Source of the DNA: an uncultured virus (IMG/VR IMGVR_UViG_3300021401_000002)
Lineage: Duplodnaviria > Heunggongvirae > Uroviricota > Caudoviricetes
DNA length: 64,000 nt
Reading direction: 5' to 3' (one strand)
Virus record (IMG/VR): IMGVR_UViG_3300021401_000002
Shown piece after piece: positions 8,635 to 18,459 of the stretch; the first letter of the stretch is position 1, and each line of letters opens with the position of its first letter. A program made the position numbers and the translations under genes. Under the pieces are notes generated by a model that did no database searches, was not told where the DNA came from, and saw only the letters and a list, made by a program, of their open reading frames with translations.

Positions 8635-10212
8635 TCACTTCTTCCGTTTCAATTTCGCCCGTTTTGGCTTCGCGACAGTGATGTCGAAATCGAGGGCGTC
8701 GAACGCCTCTTCGAGCGTTGCGACGGGAAAGTAGCCGCCTTCCTCGTCATCGCTGTCAGGCTTTGGTGCATGGTCGGTTTCGTAGCTCGGAGCCACAGGA
8801 CCCATGACCATGTCGAAATGAAGAAGCTTCGCTGCCTTGATGCGCGCCTCGCTGTAGCTCACAGGGCGAATCTCTCCTGCAAGGCCAATCTCTCCCCAGC
8901 AGATGAAGCCCGGTGGAAGCGCGATGCCGAGAACGTAAGAGGTAAGCGCCAATGCAAGAGGGAGATCGAGCGCAGGATCTTGGAGCTCTTCGAGTCCGCC
9001 TGGAACGTTGATGAGGACTTCGCGGTTCAAGTCGATATTGAAACGGCGCTGCAAAATCGTACATACCTGAAGAGCCCGTGCAGTCTTCAATCCCGTTACT
9101 GCCCTCTTGAATGATGTGTAGCTACTTGGCATGGACGAACCCAAGAGAACCTGCACTTCGACCGCGAGAGGTCTTGGACCAAGCGCCGCGAGACCAATGC
9201 ATACGCCCTGCTGTCCATCTTGGTGTTGTTCTAGGAGAAGCTCGCTGGGATTTTCGATGGAGTGAAGACCATCCTTCGACATGCGAAAAAGAGCCATCTC
9301 GTTCGTGTCGCCGAAGCGGTTCTTGTTGGCGCGCACCGAGCGAAGCTCGCCCTGACCCTCGCGGTGGAACTCGAGCACCGCATCGACGACGTGCTCGAGC
9401 ATCTTGGGACCCGCGACCGTGCCGTCCTTGATGACGTGGCAGACGAGAAAGCACCCGATCTTCATCGCGCGGCACACGTTCATGAAGTGAACCGCGCACT
9501 CCTTCACCTGCGTGACCGAGCCTGCGTTGCCGTCGGTGTCGGGCAAGAACACGGTCTGAACCGAATCGATGATGAGGATGTCGGGCTTGATCTCGTGAAT
9601 GTATTTCGTGATGACGACCACGTCGGATTCGTTGACGAGAAAGAGCTGCTTCGACGGCATCGCCAAGCGCACCGAGCGGTTCTTGATCTGCGCGGTGGTT
9701 TCTTCGGCCGAGACGTACAAGACGACGAGAGGATGCGTCGCTCGTTTTGTCTCGATTTCGGTCATCTCGGCGGTCGTGAGCGCGGCGGCGATCTGCGTGA
9801 GCAGCGTCGACTTGCCGATGCCAGGATCTCCAGAGATGAGCACCAGCGATCCTGTGACGAGCCCGCCCCCGAGGACACGATCGAACTCGCGGGTGCCCGT
9901 CGAGATGCGCTCATGGTCTTCCGCCGAGACCTCCGACAAGAGCTGCGGTTTGCCGCTGCCTCCGACCCAGTTCTTGTTCTTCGCGTGCGACGCCGAGCCC
10001 ATTTCTACGGTGCCGAAGGCGCCGCACAAGAGGCAAGACTCCCGCCAATTCGGCCCAGAGGACTTTCCGCAAGAAGAGCAGGAAAAAACTACCTCTTCTG
10101 GGGGCGCAGCGATGAGCGCTGGCTCTATTGCTGGAGCAGGAACCGCGACGAGCCGAGCTCCGCTGTCCGGCACCGCAGGAACGTCAGGCTTCGGAATCTC
10201 ATCACCTGTCAC
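8635..10212 (-). CDS. radA: DNA repair protein RadA/Sms
   Basis: C4 zinc finger, Walker A GDPGIGKS, IIDSVQ, KNRFG signature, Lon-like C-terminal domain (GEIGLAGEIRPV). Confidence 0.95.
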   Translation of the reverse strand: MTGDEIPKPDVPAVPDSGARLVAVPAPAIEPALIAAPPEEVVFSCSSCGKSSGPNWRESCLLCGAFGTVEMGSASHAKNKNWVGGSGKPQLLSEVSAEDHERISTGTREFDRVLGGGLVTGSLVLISGDPGIGKSTLLTQIAAALTTAEMTEIETKRATHPLVVLYVSAEETTAQIKNRSVRLAMPSKQLFLVNESDVVVITKYIHEIKPDILIIDSVQTVFLPDTDGNAGSVTQVKECAVHFMNVCRAMKIGCFLVCHVIKDGTVAGPKMLEHVVDAVLEFHREGQGELRSVRANKNRFGDTNEMALFRMSKDGLHSIENPSELLLEQHQDGQQGVCIGLAALGPRPLAVEVQVLLGSSMPSSYTSFKRAVTGLKTARALQVCTILQRRFNIDLNREVLINVPGGLEELQDPALDLPLALALTSYVLGIALPPGFICWGEIGLAGEIRPVSYSEARIKAAKLLHFDMVMGPVAPSYETDHAPKPDSDDEEGGYFPVATLEEAFDALDFDITVAKPKRAKLKRKK

Positions 10213-10757
10213 TTCACGATCGACCAGAGGAGCGCAAGCCCTCCGAGCGCCCCCACACCGATGACTGCGTACTTCACGATGCGCATCGTCTCTTCATGCT
10301 CTTTTGCCGCCAGAGTTGCAGCGTCCGCCGCGCGTGAAGCCGCGTCCGCCGCGTCACTCACTTTCTGAGGCGTCTGACCGAACCATGCGCCCGGATCGCC
10401 GATGTTCGGGAGATTGACAGTCGGCGCAAATCGAACGTCAGGAATGCGGGGCAGAGCAAACGAAGGTGCAGAGGGCACGGCTTTCGATGCTGCTTGCTTG
10501 AACTCGTGCGCATACCGCTTTGCTTTCTCGGCATCAACCTGAGGGAGGTATTGGTGGGCCGTGTCGCGCGCGAATTGCTCGACTTGTTGCCAAGTCGGAA
10601 TGTCGACTCCAGCTTGAAATCGATCAGCGCCTGTGTAGTAAACGCCGTCGGGAGAGTAGCCAGGTATGGCATAATCCCATTCGTCGTAAGCACATGACGG
10701 ATCGAGACCGCGCGCATACGGCGATATCGGCGGCGGCCACGGGTGGTACTCGTTCAT
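10209..10757 (-). CDS. C-terminal TM virion membrane protein candidate
   Basis: MNEYHPWPPP...YAVIGVGALGGLALLWSIVK. Confidence 0.6.
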   Translation of the reverse strand: MNEYHPWPPPISPYARGLDPSCAYDEWDYAIPGYSPDGVYYTGADRFQAGVDIPTWQQVEQFARDTAHQYLPQVDAEKAKRYAHEFKQAASKAVPSAPSFALPRIPDVRFAPTVNLPNIGDPGAWFGQTPQKVSDAADAASRAADAATLAAKEHEETMRIVKYAVIGVGALGGLALLWSIVK

Positions 10758-10969
10758 CGCGTCTTTCGATGCTTCGCGTGGCGCTTGCGCCTCGCGCCCC
10801 AAACTGTCTCGTGCAAGAACCTACGCGCTGCGGCAAGCGGGCTCAGCCCCATTCCGTAGTACATGTGCCCTGCGGGCAAATGCTGCCAGCGCGGACGCTT
10901 TTTGGCGCGCTTCATGACACGATCTTCGTAGATACCGAGCCAGCGAGACTTTTCTCTGTCTTCGAACAT
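10754..10969 (-). CDS. Small basic hypothetical protein
   Basis: MFEDREKSRW..., SD GGAG. Confidence 0.4.
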   Translation of the reverse strand: MFEDREKSRWLGIYEDRVMKRAKKRPRWQHLPAGHMYYGMGLSPLAAARRFLHETVWGARRKRHAKHRKTR

Positions 10970-10973
10970 CGCG

Positions 10974-11600
10974 TTACAAGCTCCCTTGTGTATGAAGACT
11001 GCCGACGGAGTAGCGAATCGCGACGCGGGTATCGCCATCGACTTCGCCCGTGGACACTTGGCCGAAACGACTCTGAAGCGCTTTGATGGCTTCCGTCGTG
11101 CGAGCGTTGAGTGCGCCGTTCTCTTCGAGGGGCGGCTCGCAGCCGAGCACGTTGAGATCGCGCTGCACGGTGACGACGTCCATGGGCGCTTGGAGAGCCT
11201 GAAGAATCTGCGCAAGGTCGGGTGGCGCGCCCATCAGCGTCTGCACGTCGCCCGCAAGCGCCGGGCCTTGCGCGAAGTAGTCGAGGGCCGCCGTCAAGTG
11301 CGTCGCGCTCTTCACATGCTTCAAGTAGTCCGCAGCCGTCGCCGACGCGTCAGGCTCGCGCGAAGGAGCCGACGGCAGTGCGAGCATCGGAGCGTCCACG
11401 CCTGCACCCGCACGATGTGTAGGGTGCGCGAATCGCTCGCCGCCGCGCTCGCCGCCGCGCTCGCCGCGCTCACCGCGCTCAGCATGTTCGCCATGACCAC
11501 GCCAGCCATGAAAGAGTGGACGACCTCGCACGGCACGGTAGTCGTGACGACGGTGCCAGCTCCACCATGCCAATCCGAGAGGAATGAGAAAAAACCACAT
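10974..11600 (-). CDS. TM-anchored protein with peptidoglycan-binding (PG_binding_1-like) domain
   Basis: VVTVQRDLNVLG...ENGALNARTTEAIKALQSRFG...TGEVD. Confidence 0.7.
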   Translation of the reverse strand: MWFFLIPLGLAWWSWHRRHDYRAVRGRPLFHGWRGHGEHAERGERGERGGERGGERFAHPTHRAGAGVDAPMLALPSAPSREPDASATAADYLKHVKSATHLTAALDYFAQGPALAGDVQTLMGAPPDLAQILQALQAPMDVVTVQRDLNVLGCEPPLEENGALNARTTEAIKALQSRFGQVSTGEVDGDTRVAIRYSVGSLHTQGSL

Positions 11601-11608
11601 GAGCGAGC

Positions 11609-11983
11609 TTAGCTCCCAATCGACGCCGGAGTGAGAGCGCCGCTCGCCATCGGGCCGAAGCCTGTGTGCGTGTAGCTCGAGACGGCAGCGTGAAGCGCCG
11701 CGAGCGTCGCGTGGTCAATGACTCCATCGATGTCGAGGTCATGAAGCGACTGGAAATGCTCAATGGCTTCTTGCGTGCGATGGCCTTCGAGCCCATCGAC
11801 GTCGACGTCATATCCAAGCTGCTTCAAGAGTCGCTGGGCTTCGAGTACGTGGCCATCGCCCTGGCCAACGAGGTGACGACGTACGGGGGAGCCCTGCGAA
11901 GCGCGCCACACGAGCCAAGCCGTGCCGATCACACCAACGGTGATGAGCGCCTTAGTGACGAGCTTTGAGGCTTTGCGTTTCAC
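11609..11983 (-). CDS. TM-anchored protein with peptidoglycan-binding domain
   Basis: VLEAQRLLKQLGYDVDVDGLEGHRTQEAIEHFQSLHDLDIDGVID. Confidence 0.8.
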   Translation of the reverse strand: MKRKASKLVTKALITVGVIGTAWLVWRASQGSPVRRHLVGQGDGHVLEAQRLLKQLGYDVDVDGLEGHRTQEAIEHFQSLHDLDIDGVIDHATLAALHAAVSSYTHTGFGPMASGALTPASIGS

Positions 11984-12756
11984 GAAAATCCTTGCGGCGG
12001 GTACTGCGGTGGCGATGGGTACTGGGGCGGAGCTGCGAACCCGCTGTACGGTGCTGCTTGGCCTTGTGCGAAGGGCTGTTGCGGAGGTGGCGGAGGTCCC
12101 ATCGGTGGAACGGGAACGGCTCCCGGCGTCGGGTACATGTTGGTGAGTACGCCCTTCGAACCGTCACCGAAGTTCGGCGCGCCGTGCACGGTCGGCGCTG
12201 CCTGATGCATCGGAAACATCTGCACCATGCCTCCAATACCAACTTGACCGCCCTGACCGGCTTGAGAGCTCTGCGGAGGAGGCTGCACGCCTGGCCCATA
12301 GCCGTTCGTTGGGTACTGCTGCGTCATGCCGCCACTGCCCGGAGAAGTCATGGGCTGACCTTGTGCCATTCCTTGCTGCTGCTGCGGTTGTTGCTGCATT
12401 TGTGGATGACCGCCCGTGGGCATCACCGCGAGGTGCGAACGGTCGTTGCACACGAAGCTCGCGCGCACGACCCCCATCATCGCCATTTGCCCGAGTGCCT
12501 CGCGCGCCTGGATGAATGCGCTCGAGTTTGCGCTGCGAACGTCCGTGGTCTTGCCTGCCCAGCCACCGAGGATGTGCGGCATGATGCGAAAAAAGATTTC
12601 GAGATCTGTCGGACGAGGATCAGTCATCTTGATGCCGGGAAGGATCTCCGTCATCGAGGAAGAGGCCCTCTTAGAGGTCTTCTGCTCATCAGAAGAGGAT
12701 CTCTTCTGTTCATCTTCTTGTTCGACTGTCACCTTTTCATCTTTTTCTTCGCTCAT
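11980..12756 (-). CDS. Pro/Gln/Gly-rich protein
   Basis: 258 aa, low-complexity C-terminal half. Confidence 0.6.
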   Translation of the reverse strand: MSEEKDEKVTVEQEDEQKRSSSDEQKTSKRASSSMTEILPGIKMTDPRPTDLEIFFRIMPHILGGWAGKTTDVRSANSSAFIQAREALGQMAMMGVVRASFVCNDRSHLAVMPTGGHPQMQQQPQQQQGMAQGQPMTSPGSGGMTQQYPTNGYGPGVQPPPQSSQAGQGGQVGIGGMVQMFPMHQAAPTVHGAPNFGDGSKGVLTNMYPTPGAVPVPPMGPPPPPQQPFAQGQAAPYSGFAAPPQYPSPPQYPPQGFS

Positions 12757-12961
12757 GATGGGGCCTAACTCCCTTGGTTATCGCGTCATCTGTCGCAAAT
12801 CGAAGTAGGGATACCGTTCACCGTTGACGACTTCAGCCTGATGCACCTCAGATTGCACTTGTTGTGCAGCCGCCATTTGTGGACGGTTGGCTGGCAGGTT
12901 CCTGTAGAACGTGACCAGCCACTGGGCTTGCTGAGAGGTAAGCACGGGTCCTTACCTCTTA

Positions 12962-13915
12962 TCACCACCAACCAGTGGCCGTTGCAGCGTCAGCGCCAGC
13001 GTCAGCGCCAGCGTCATCGTCTGCTGCAGGCTGTGCCACCGGTTGCTGCACAGGTGCCTGATACGCTTGCTGCTGCGCAAGCGCCGGATCGACGACGACC
13101 TCCTCGAGCGGATGGCGGCGGTGACGGTGGTGAATCCACGGATCGTACGGGATCTCCGGCAAGGGCATCGGAGCTCCAAACTCGCGATCACGGCGCCACG
13201 GCTCGTGACGGCCTCTTCCAAAGAGCTCACCGAATCGATCGTGAGGAACGCGGGGATCGCGCCCGAAGCCGCGATGCTCGAACCCGCCACGGCCTCCTCT
13301 TCGCGGATCGTAGCCTGTTGCAACCGGTGCATAGGGAAGACCCGTCGCAGGATCGATGACCTCTTCGACAACGGGCGGAGCCCATGGCTCGCGGAAGCGA
13401 TCCCAGCCGCGTTCACGACCGCCCCAGCCGCGTCCGCCGCCCCAGCCGTGACCGCCTCGGCCGAAGTAGCCTGTTGCGATGGCAGCAGGCGGAAGAGGAA
13501 CCGCAGCAGCTTCGACTTGCTTCACGTGAAGGTCTGCGTCCTTGGCACCTGCGGCTTTTGCCTCGCCAATGGCAACGGTTTTCGCTGCGACCGCGGCGGC
13601 GCTATTGTCGTGACCGAGCGCGCTGAGGGCGACAGCATGATTGGCGAGTGTCTTCATGTCAGTCTCGTTCGAGAGCGCATGATTGACTTGCTTCACTTGG
13701 TCGGTCGACATGCCCGGATCGAGCGCAGCGGTCTCGTGCGGCGTCGGCACCGACGTGATCTTCACCTTCTCGAGAGCGAGCACCTTGTCGCGCGTCGAAG
13801 AGAGGAGTGCACCCCAAGGAGTCCACGCTGGATTTTCGCGGCGTTTGTAGACCGAGTACCCTACGCCGAGAGCGAGAGCGCCGAGAGCGAGAGTGGTTTT
13901 GGTTCGAGCATGCAT
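12962..13915 (-). CDS. N-terminal TM virion protein candidate with Gly/Arg-rich repeats
   Basis: MHARTKTTLALGALALGVGYSVY; several ATG(Y/W) peptide motifs. Confidence 0.6.
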   Translation of the reverse strand: MHARTKTTLALGALALGVGYSVYKRRENPAWTPWGALLSSTRDKVLALEKVKITSVPTPHETAALDPGMSTDQVKQVNHALSNETDMKTLANHAVALSALGHDNSAAAVAAKTVAIGEAKAAGAKDADLHVKQVEAAAVPLPPAAIATGYFGRGGHGWGGGRGWGGRERGWDRFREPWAPPVVEEVIDPATGLPYAPVATGYDPRRGGRGGFEHRGFGRDPRVPHDRFGELFGRGRHEPWRRDREFGAPMPLPEIPYDPWIHHRHRRHPLEEVVVDPALAQQQAYQAPVQQPVAQPAADDDAGADAGADAATATGWW

Positions 13916-13944
13916 CTTCTTGTTCTCCGAGAGAAAATCGCGTG

Positions 13945-14484
13945 TCAGATTTGCGGCGCGTTCGGATCCATCATCGGATCGGGATCGGGCGGCGGGGGTG
14001 GCGGGTAGTGCGGGTGATGATGACCGTAGTGACCACCATGACCCCCGTGGCCATGACCATAGCCGGCGTAATCCCAAGCGCCGACGATGGAAGGACCGCT
14101 CTGACCGCCCGTGATCATGGGTCCGCTTTGTCCACCGACAATCGCCGGCCCGCTCTGACCACTGACGACGACGCCACCAGCCGTCGCAGGCTCGCCTGGA
14201 AGAATGAGAGCTCTACCCGTCGGTGCGCCTTGCGCGTCGATCTCGAAGGGACGCATCCCTCCACCAGGGTTGAAAATCTGGTACGGCTTCATCAGGTACA
14301 TCGACGCTGATGCGCGCTTGTCGCTCCTCGCGTCAGCATCGTTCACGTAGTCGAGCCCGTGGGCTCCGCCTACGCGTATGCCGCGCTTCTTGTCTTTCTC
14401 CAAGTAGCGATACCCGGCGTAGACCGCGGCAGTGACGAGGACGGCACCGAGAACGAGAGAACCTGTAGAGCGACGCTTGGCCAT
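13945..14484 (-). CDS. N-terminal TM protein with GQSGP repeats
   Basis: MAKRRSTGSLVLGAVLVTAAVYAGY; GQSGPxIxG three times. Confidence 0.6.
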   Translation of the reverse strand: MAKRRSTGSLVLGAVLVTAAVYAGYRYLEKDKKRGIRVGGAHGLDYVNDADARSDKRASASMYLMKPYQIFNPGGGMRPFEIDAQGAPTGRALILPGEPATAGGVVVSGQSGPAIVGGQSGPMITGGQSGPSIVGAWDYAGYGHGHGGHGGHYGHHHPHYPPPPPPDPDPMMDPNAPQI

Positions 14485-14498
14485 TTGAGCTTTTCCTT

Positions 14499-15650
14499 TT
14501 ACCGGCCGTATCCGTACGGCACTCCAAACTGGTTGACGATGCCACCTGCATGATAGCCGAAGTGGCCTGGATGTTGTCCGAATTGTTGTGGTTGTCCGAA
14601 CTGCGGATGCTGCTGCCCTCCACGACCGGAGTGCCCGAAGTTGGGTTGGTGCTGCGGGTAGCCAGGATGGCCACCCAATCCAGGATGCTGCCTGAATTGC
14701 TCTTGGTGATAACCGAATGCGCCGCCTGCGAACATGTCTGGAAAGGCACCAGCAGAAATAGGCGCCAAGCTCGCTTCGCCTGAATCGCCTCGAAGCTGAT
14801 CGTATGTCGCGTTCGTTGGCATTCCCAAAACGGCTGATGGGTCTTCGATCGTTTCGTGGATACGAACCTGGATGTGATAAACGGTCATGTCCGGTTCGAC
14901 GCCCTTGGGATCGGGCACCGTTGTGACTTTGATGTGCGGGAAGACATCGTCGTAGCCCGCGTGACGAAGCTCGGCGATACGCCAACAGGCAAAGTCCTTA
15001 CATTGCGACGCAAGAATTGCGCCAGCAAAAACCTCGTGTTTTTCTTCGACTGTGAGATCGTAAACGTCGGATCTGCCTGCGGGTCGAATCTCTGCGATGT
15101 CAGCGTCTTTTTGATTGCCTGTGTCGTCGAGCTCGATGAGCCCGTCGCCAAGATTCAAATCGCGAAGAGGAACCCAACCGCGATTACGCGTCCAAAAACG
15201 ATGATTGGCTGTGACTCTCGCGACATGCCCTCTTTTTGTTTCGACTTCGAACGTCTTAGCATTGAGCTTCATCAAACCACGATTGGTTACGGTGTGGATG
15301 CGTTCGCTCCGCGTTCGAACTCGCATACCAATTTGGACTTTCTCGACTGGAAGCTGCTGTCCAGTTTCGAGAGTGATGGGCGTGCCTTCTGCAAAGCAGT
15401 CCCCGCTCCCAAGCTCGAGAGTCCTTGGAATGTCTTGCCACGAGTCGATGCCTGCGGGTCTCACCTTGAGCACGTACCGCGGTCCAATTTCGTAGATCGA
15501 CGGAAGAAGACCTTCGCCTGCTTGCTCGCGATGCCAGATGTAATTCCAGTCCGCGACGACCAGCGCTTCGAGCAGCGCACGCAAAACGACTTGCTTCCGT
15601 TGCACGGGAAGAGTGTCGAAACCGCAAAGCTCGAAGCCTGGTCGATACAT
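14499..15650 (-). CDS. Transglutaminase-like cysteine protease containing a mini-intein
   Basis: Spliced product reads GSGD-CKDFACW; later YHIQV and IEDPS supply a candidate Cys-His-Asp triad. Confidence 0.75.
   Translation of the reverse strand: MYRPGFELCGFDTLPVQRKQVVLRALLEALVVADWNYIWHREQAGEGLLPSIYEIGPRYVLKVRPAGIDSWQDIPRTLELGSGDCFAEGTPITLETGQQLPVEKVQIGMRVRTRSERIHTVTNRGLMKLNAKTFEVETKRGHVARVTANHRFWTRNRGWVPLRDLNLGDGLIELDDTGNQKDADIAEIRPAGRSDVYDLTVEEKHEVFAGAILASQCKDFACWRIAELRHAGYDDVFPHIKVTTVPDPKGVEPDMTVYHIQVRIHETIEDPSAVLGMPTNATYDQLRGDSGEASLAPISAGAFPDMFAGGAFGYHQEQFRQHPGLGGHPGYPQHQPNFGHSGRGGQQHPQFGQPQQFGQHPGHFGYHAGGIVNQFGVPYGYGR
15003..15398 (-). mobile_element. Mini-intein (132 aa, Hint domain only)
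   Basis: Block A CFAEGTPI, block B VTANHRF, block F VYDLTVE, ends ASQ followed by Cys. Confidence 0.9.
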
Positions 15651-16036
15651 TGAAGAGGATGTCCTTTCAGCCCGGCGTCAGACCTTGAGGTACGAAGAGC
15701 GGACCGAAAATGCCTTGGTATGCGCCGCCTGTGACGAGCGCGTAGCTCTGACCGAAAAGGATGAAGTTCGGCGGAACGAAAACGGGGATCATGAAGTGCT
15801 CCTTGCTGTCGAATCACAAACCAAACAGAGCCATAAAACCGAAGACGCCCACCCCCCTTGACCAGCCCGTGAAGGCCGAGGAGGTGGGCGTTACTTCAGA
15901 TCACTTTTCCAGTCCCCGTGATCAGGGTGTTAGGCAGGACAAGAGGTGAATCCGCCTGCTGGATCTGTGCGCTGCGCGCTGGGAAGACCTCTTCTCCTCG
16001 ACGAGGTCTTCACCAGCTTCGCGAGCGCTACCGGGC

Positions 16037-16705
16037 TCACTGCATCGAGGTGCCGATGAGCGCTGCAGCGAACGTCTGCTGCGCACCCGTCGTGTTCGAC
16101 ACGCTGATCGTGATGATGATGCCGGGAACCGCGGTGTCGAGACCGAGGTTGACGCCGACCGCGAGCTCCGAGAACGCCGCCGCGGGGATCGGGTTCGCAG
16201 ACACGGCCTGCGAGTCCTTGCCGACGCGGATGTCGTTGATGGAGAAGTTGTTGGCGAGCGCGCTCGGAACGATGAGGCGGCTGCCGCGGAAGATGAGCTG
16301 GGGCTGCGCTTGGAAGATCGCGGTCGACATGAGCGCGATGAGGACGGGGCCGAAGCCGATGACGAACTCGCGCACCTGCGTCGGGGGGTTATTGACGACG
16401 TGGGGGTACCCGCTGTACGGGTACGGCGTCGATGCCGCGTAGCCGTACGCGCCACCGGGGAACGGGCCGTAGCCAGCGCCGGGGCCGGGACCGCCGAACG
16501 GCGACGCGAACCACGGAACGTTGTGAGGACGGAAGCCGGGGTGGCCCATGTGACCGGGGTGACCGGGAGGAGCCATCGGACCACCGCCAGGACCTGCGCC
16601 GACGATGGCAGGGCCAGACTGGACTCCGGTGAGGTAGTGGCCGTAGCCGACGCGATCGTAGCTGGGAGCGCCAACGCGATCGAGATTTGCGAACTGAGGA
16701 TACAT
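16037..16705 (-). CDS. Highly expressed structural protein; candidate single-jelly-roll major capsid protein
   Basis: Extreme C/G third-position bias; Gly/Pro-rich N-arm plus about 115 aa all-beta C-terminal domain. Confidence 0.5.
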   Translation of the reverse strand: MYPQFANLDRVGAPSYDRVGYGHYLTGVQSGPAIVGAGPGGGPMAPPGHPGHMGHPGFRPHNVPWFASPFGGPGPGAGYGPFPGGAYGYAASTPYPYSGYPHVVNNPPTQVREFVIGFGPVLIALMSTAIFQAQPQLIFRGSRLIVPSALANNFSINDIRVGKDSQAVSANPIPAAAFSELAVGVNLGLDTAVPGIIITISVSNTTGAQQTFAAALIGTSMQ

Positions 16706-16844
16706 GCGATTTCTTCCTTCTTTCATAGCCCTCGTGACCGGGATGATCGCGCGGGTGAAACTCTGGAAGACCTCTGCGCCTAACTCGCGTCCGTCTTCAC
16801 TTGCCTCTTGTTTTGGATGACCTCTTCTGGTGTTGAAACCTCGT

Positions 16845-17480
16845 TTATGGTGACCAGGCGTACTGTGGTTGAGCGTGTGACGAAGAGGTCATACCAGCGT
16901 GCTGATTGTATGGCCATGTGCTGCCGCGAACGGGAGCAGGACCGAGCACGCCGCGAACCTGTTCTTGACGTTGCTCCTGAACGACGGGCGCTGCGAATCG
17001 TTCACGCGAGAAGCGCTGCATGCGGCGATACGCCCATGCGCCGAGGCAGCCGTGTCCAATGTTGAGCACGTGATCGGTCTCCGAACCGAAGTAACCGAGG
17101 ACGCCAAGCCCGTAGCAGAGCCCTGCAAGCGTCAAATCGACTGGAGCGCCAAAGACGCGTGCTGCATCATCGCCGGGCGCTGCAAAACGCGCGTTGGCAA
17201 GACTGATTCCGCCCGCCACAGCGCCGATGGTGAGCGCACCCGCGACGATCTTGAACGTGCGTTCGCCACCTGCGCGATGTTCAAACATCTTCTGGCGAGG
17301 AACTTCGACGAGGTCCCTGTACCAGCCCGCAAATCGAGCCGGTGATACGTCGCCTGCATGTGCTGTCACGGGTTCCACGTACCTCTTTGACCTTCTCTTG
17401 CAGAGTACACGCCCTCTTCGAAACCCCCAACTTTCCTCCCTTCGCCTGGCAACGTCACTTAGAACATTGCGATTAGTCAT
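16845..17480 (-). CDS. Membrane protein
   Basis: Hydrophobic segments IVAGALTIGAVAGGISL and LTLAGLCYGLGVLGYF; start uncertain. Confidence 0.5.
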   Translation of the reverse strand: MTNRNVLSDVARRREESWGFRRGRVLCKRRSKRYVEPVTAHAGDVSPARFAGWYRDLVEVPRQKMFEHRAGGERTFKIVAGALTIGAVAGGISLANARFAAPGDDAARVFGAPVDLTLAGLCYGLGVLGYFGSETDHVLNIGHGCLGAWAYRRMQRFSRERFAAPVVQEQRQEQVRGVLGPAPVRGSTWPYNQHAGMTSSSHAQPQYAWSP

Positions 17481-17510
17481 TCACTACATTGCAAGTCGAT
17501 GTGTTGAGCA

Positions 17511-17540
17511 TTGACGAAAGCAAGCGCTACGTTCTATAGA
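17511..17540 (+). promoter_or_regulatory. Sigma70-like promoter of RHH gene 1
   Basis: TTGACG-18-TATAGA, 7 nt before ATG 17548. Confidence 0.55.
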
Positions 17541-17547
17541 AGAGGTC

Positions 17548-17781
17548 ATGCCTCGAAAGCCGTCGATCCACGCGGTCCCTATCACGATCAAGTTCGCGCA
17601 GAGCGTTCTCGATGATGCCGAGATTGCCGCGCAAAACTCACCCGACGCCGGATTCACGAGTGTGACGCGCACCGACATCCTTCGCATCGCCGTGAGGCGC
17701 GGACTTGACACTATCCTCGCCGAACAACGCCAGCAACAACCAACTGCGACGTCAGCGAAGACGAAAACAGTGAAGCGATGA
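17548..17781 (+). CDS. Ribbon-helix-helix transcriptional regulator
   Basis: PITIKF strand then helices; VTRTDILRIAVRRGLD; paralog of 50147-50356. Confidence 0.75.
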   Translation: MPRKPSIHAVPITIKFAQSVLDDAEIAAQNSPDAGFTSVTRTDILRIAVRRGLDTILAEQRQQQPTATSAKTKTVKR

Positions 17782-17784
17782 ATC

Positions 17785-18450
17785 ATGGACTCGCTTACCA
17801 AATACAAACACGCTCGTAAAACAGGTACGTGTTGGCGATGTGGTAAGGCTTCTGTCGTTTCGATGCTCTGCCAGGAGCATCGTATCGAACGAAATGCTCA
17901 AGCGGTCAAAGACCGACATCGACGACACCGCTGCCACCGCTGCCGACTCTGTCGCAAAAAAGGCCATTTACCTGGTCATCATCTGAAACTAGGTCTTTGC
18001 GCTAGATGTCAAAAACCAGCAACGCATAAGCGGTATTGCGCAAAACATGACGTGCAAATGCGAGCTAGAAAGGTACAGCGCGCCATCAAACGGAAACGAC
18101 GGCTTCGCAAGTTGTCCATACACGCTGGTCTATGCGGTTTTTGTTTCAAAAAACCCATCAGCAAATTTTCCAATCAATTATGTATTGGCTGTTTGAACGA
18201 CCGTAGAGATTGGGCTCGCAAAAAGAACTTGTCTCGTCCTCCTCGTAAAGAGAAGTCCTCTACAACCAAATATCGCCGTCGACCGGTGCTCATTCGAAAA
18301 TTGGTAACGCAAAAATCAGCACCAGGCCTTGGCTTGTGCCGCAATTGTCTTAGGCGACCTCTTGTCAAAAATTCGAAGTCACATTGTAAGAAGTGCTTGG
18401 TTACGGCGAGAGAGTCAATGCGAGAGAAAGCGAAAGCGAAAACTCGCTAG
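17785..18450 (+). CDS. Basic multi-zinc-finger protein
   Basis: Repeated CxxC...CxxH/C units, very Lys/Arg-rich, lower GC. Confidence 0.7.
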   Translation: MDSLTKYKHARKTGTCWRCGKASVVSMLCQEHRIERNAQAVKDRHRRHRCHRCRLCRKKGHLPGHHLKLGLCARCQKPATHKRYCAKHDVQMRARKVQRAIKRKRRLRKLSIHAGLCGFCFKKPISKFSNQLCIGCLNDRRDWARKKNLSRPPRKEKSSTTKYRRRPVLIRKLVTQKSAPGLGLCRNCLRRPLVKNSKSHCKKCLVTARESMREKAKAKTR

Positions 18451-18459
18451 ACTCTGCGA

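Noticed and set aside
9262..14008. Long plus-strand ORFs opposite radA and structural genes
   Set aside because: Antisense shadows caused by high GC3; no motifs
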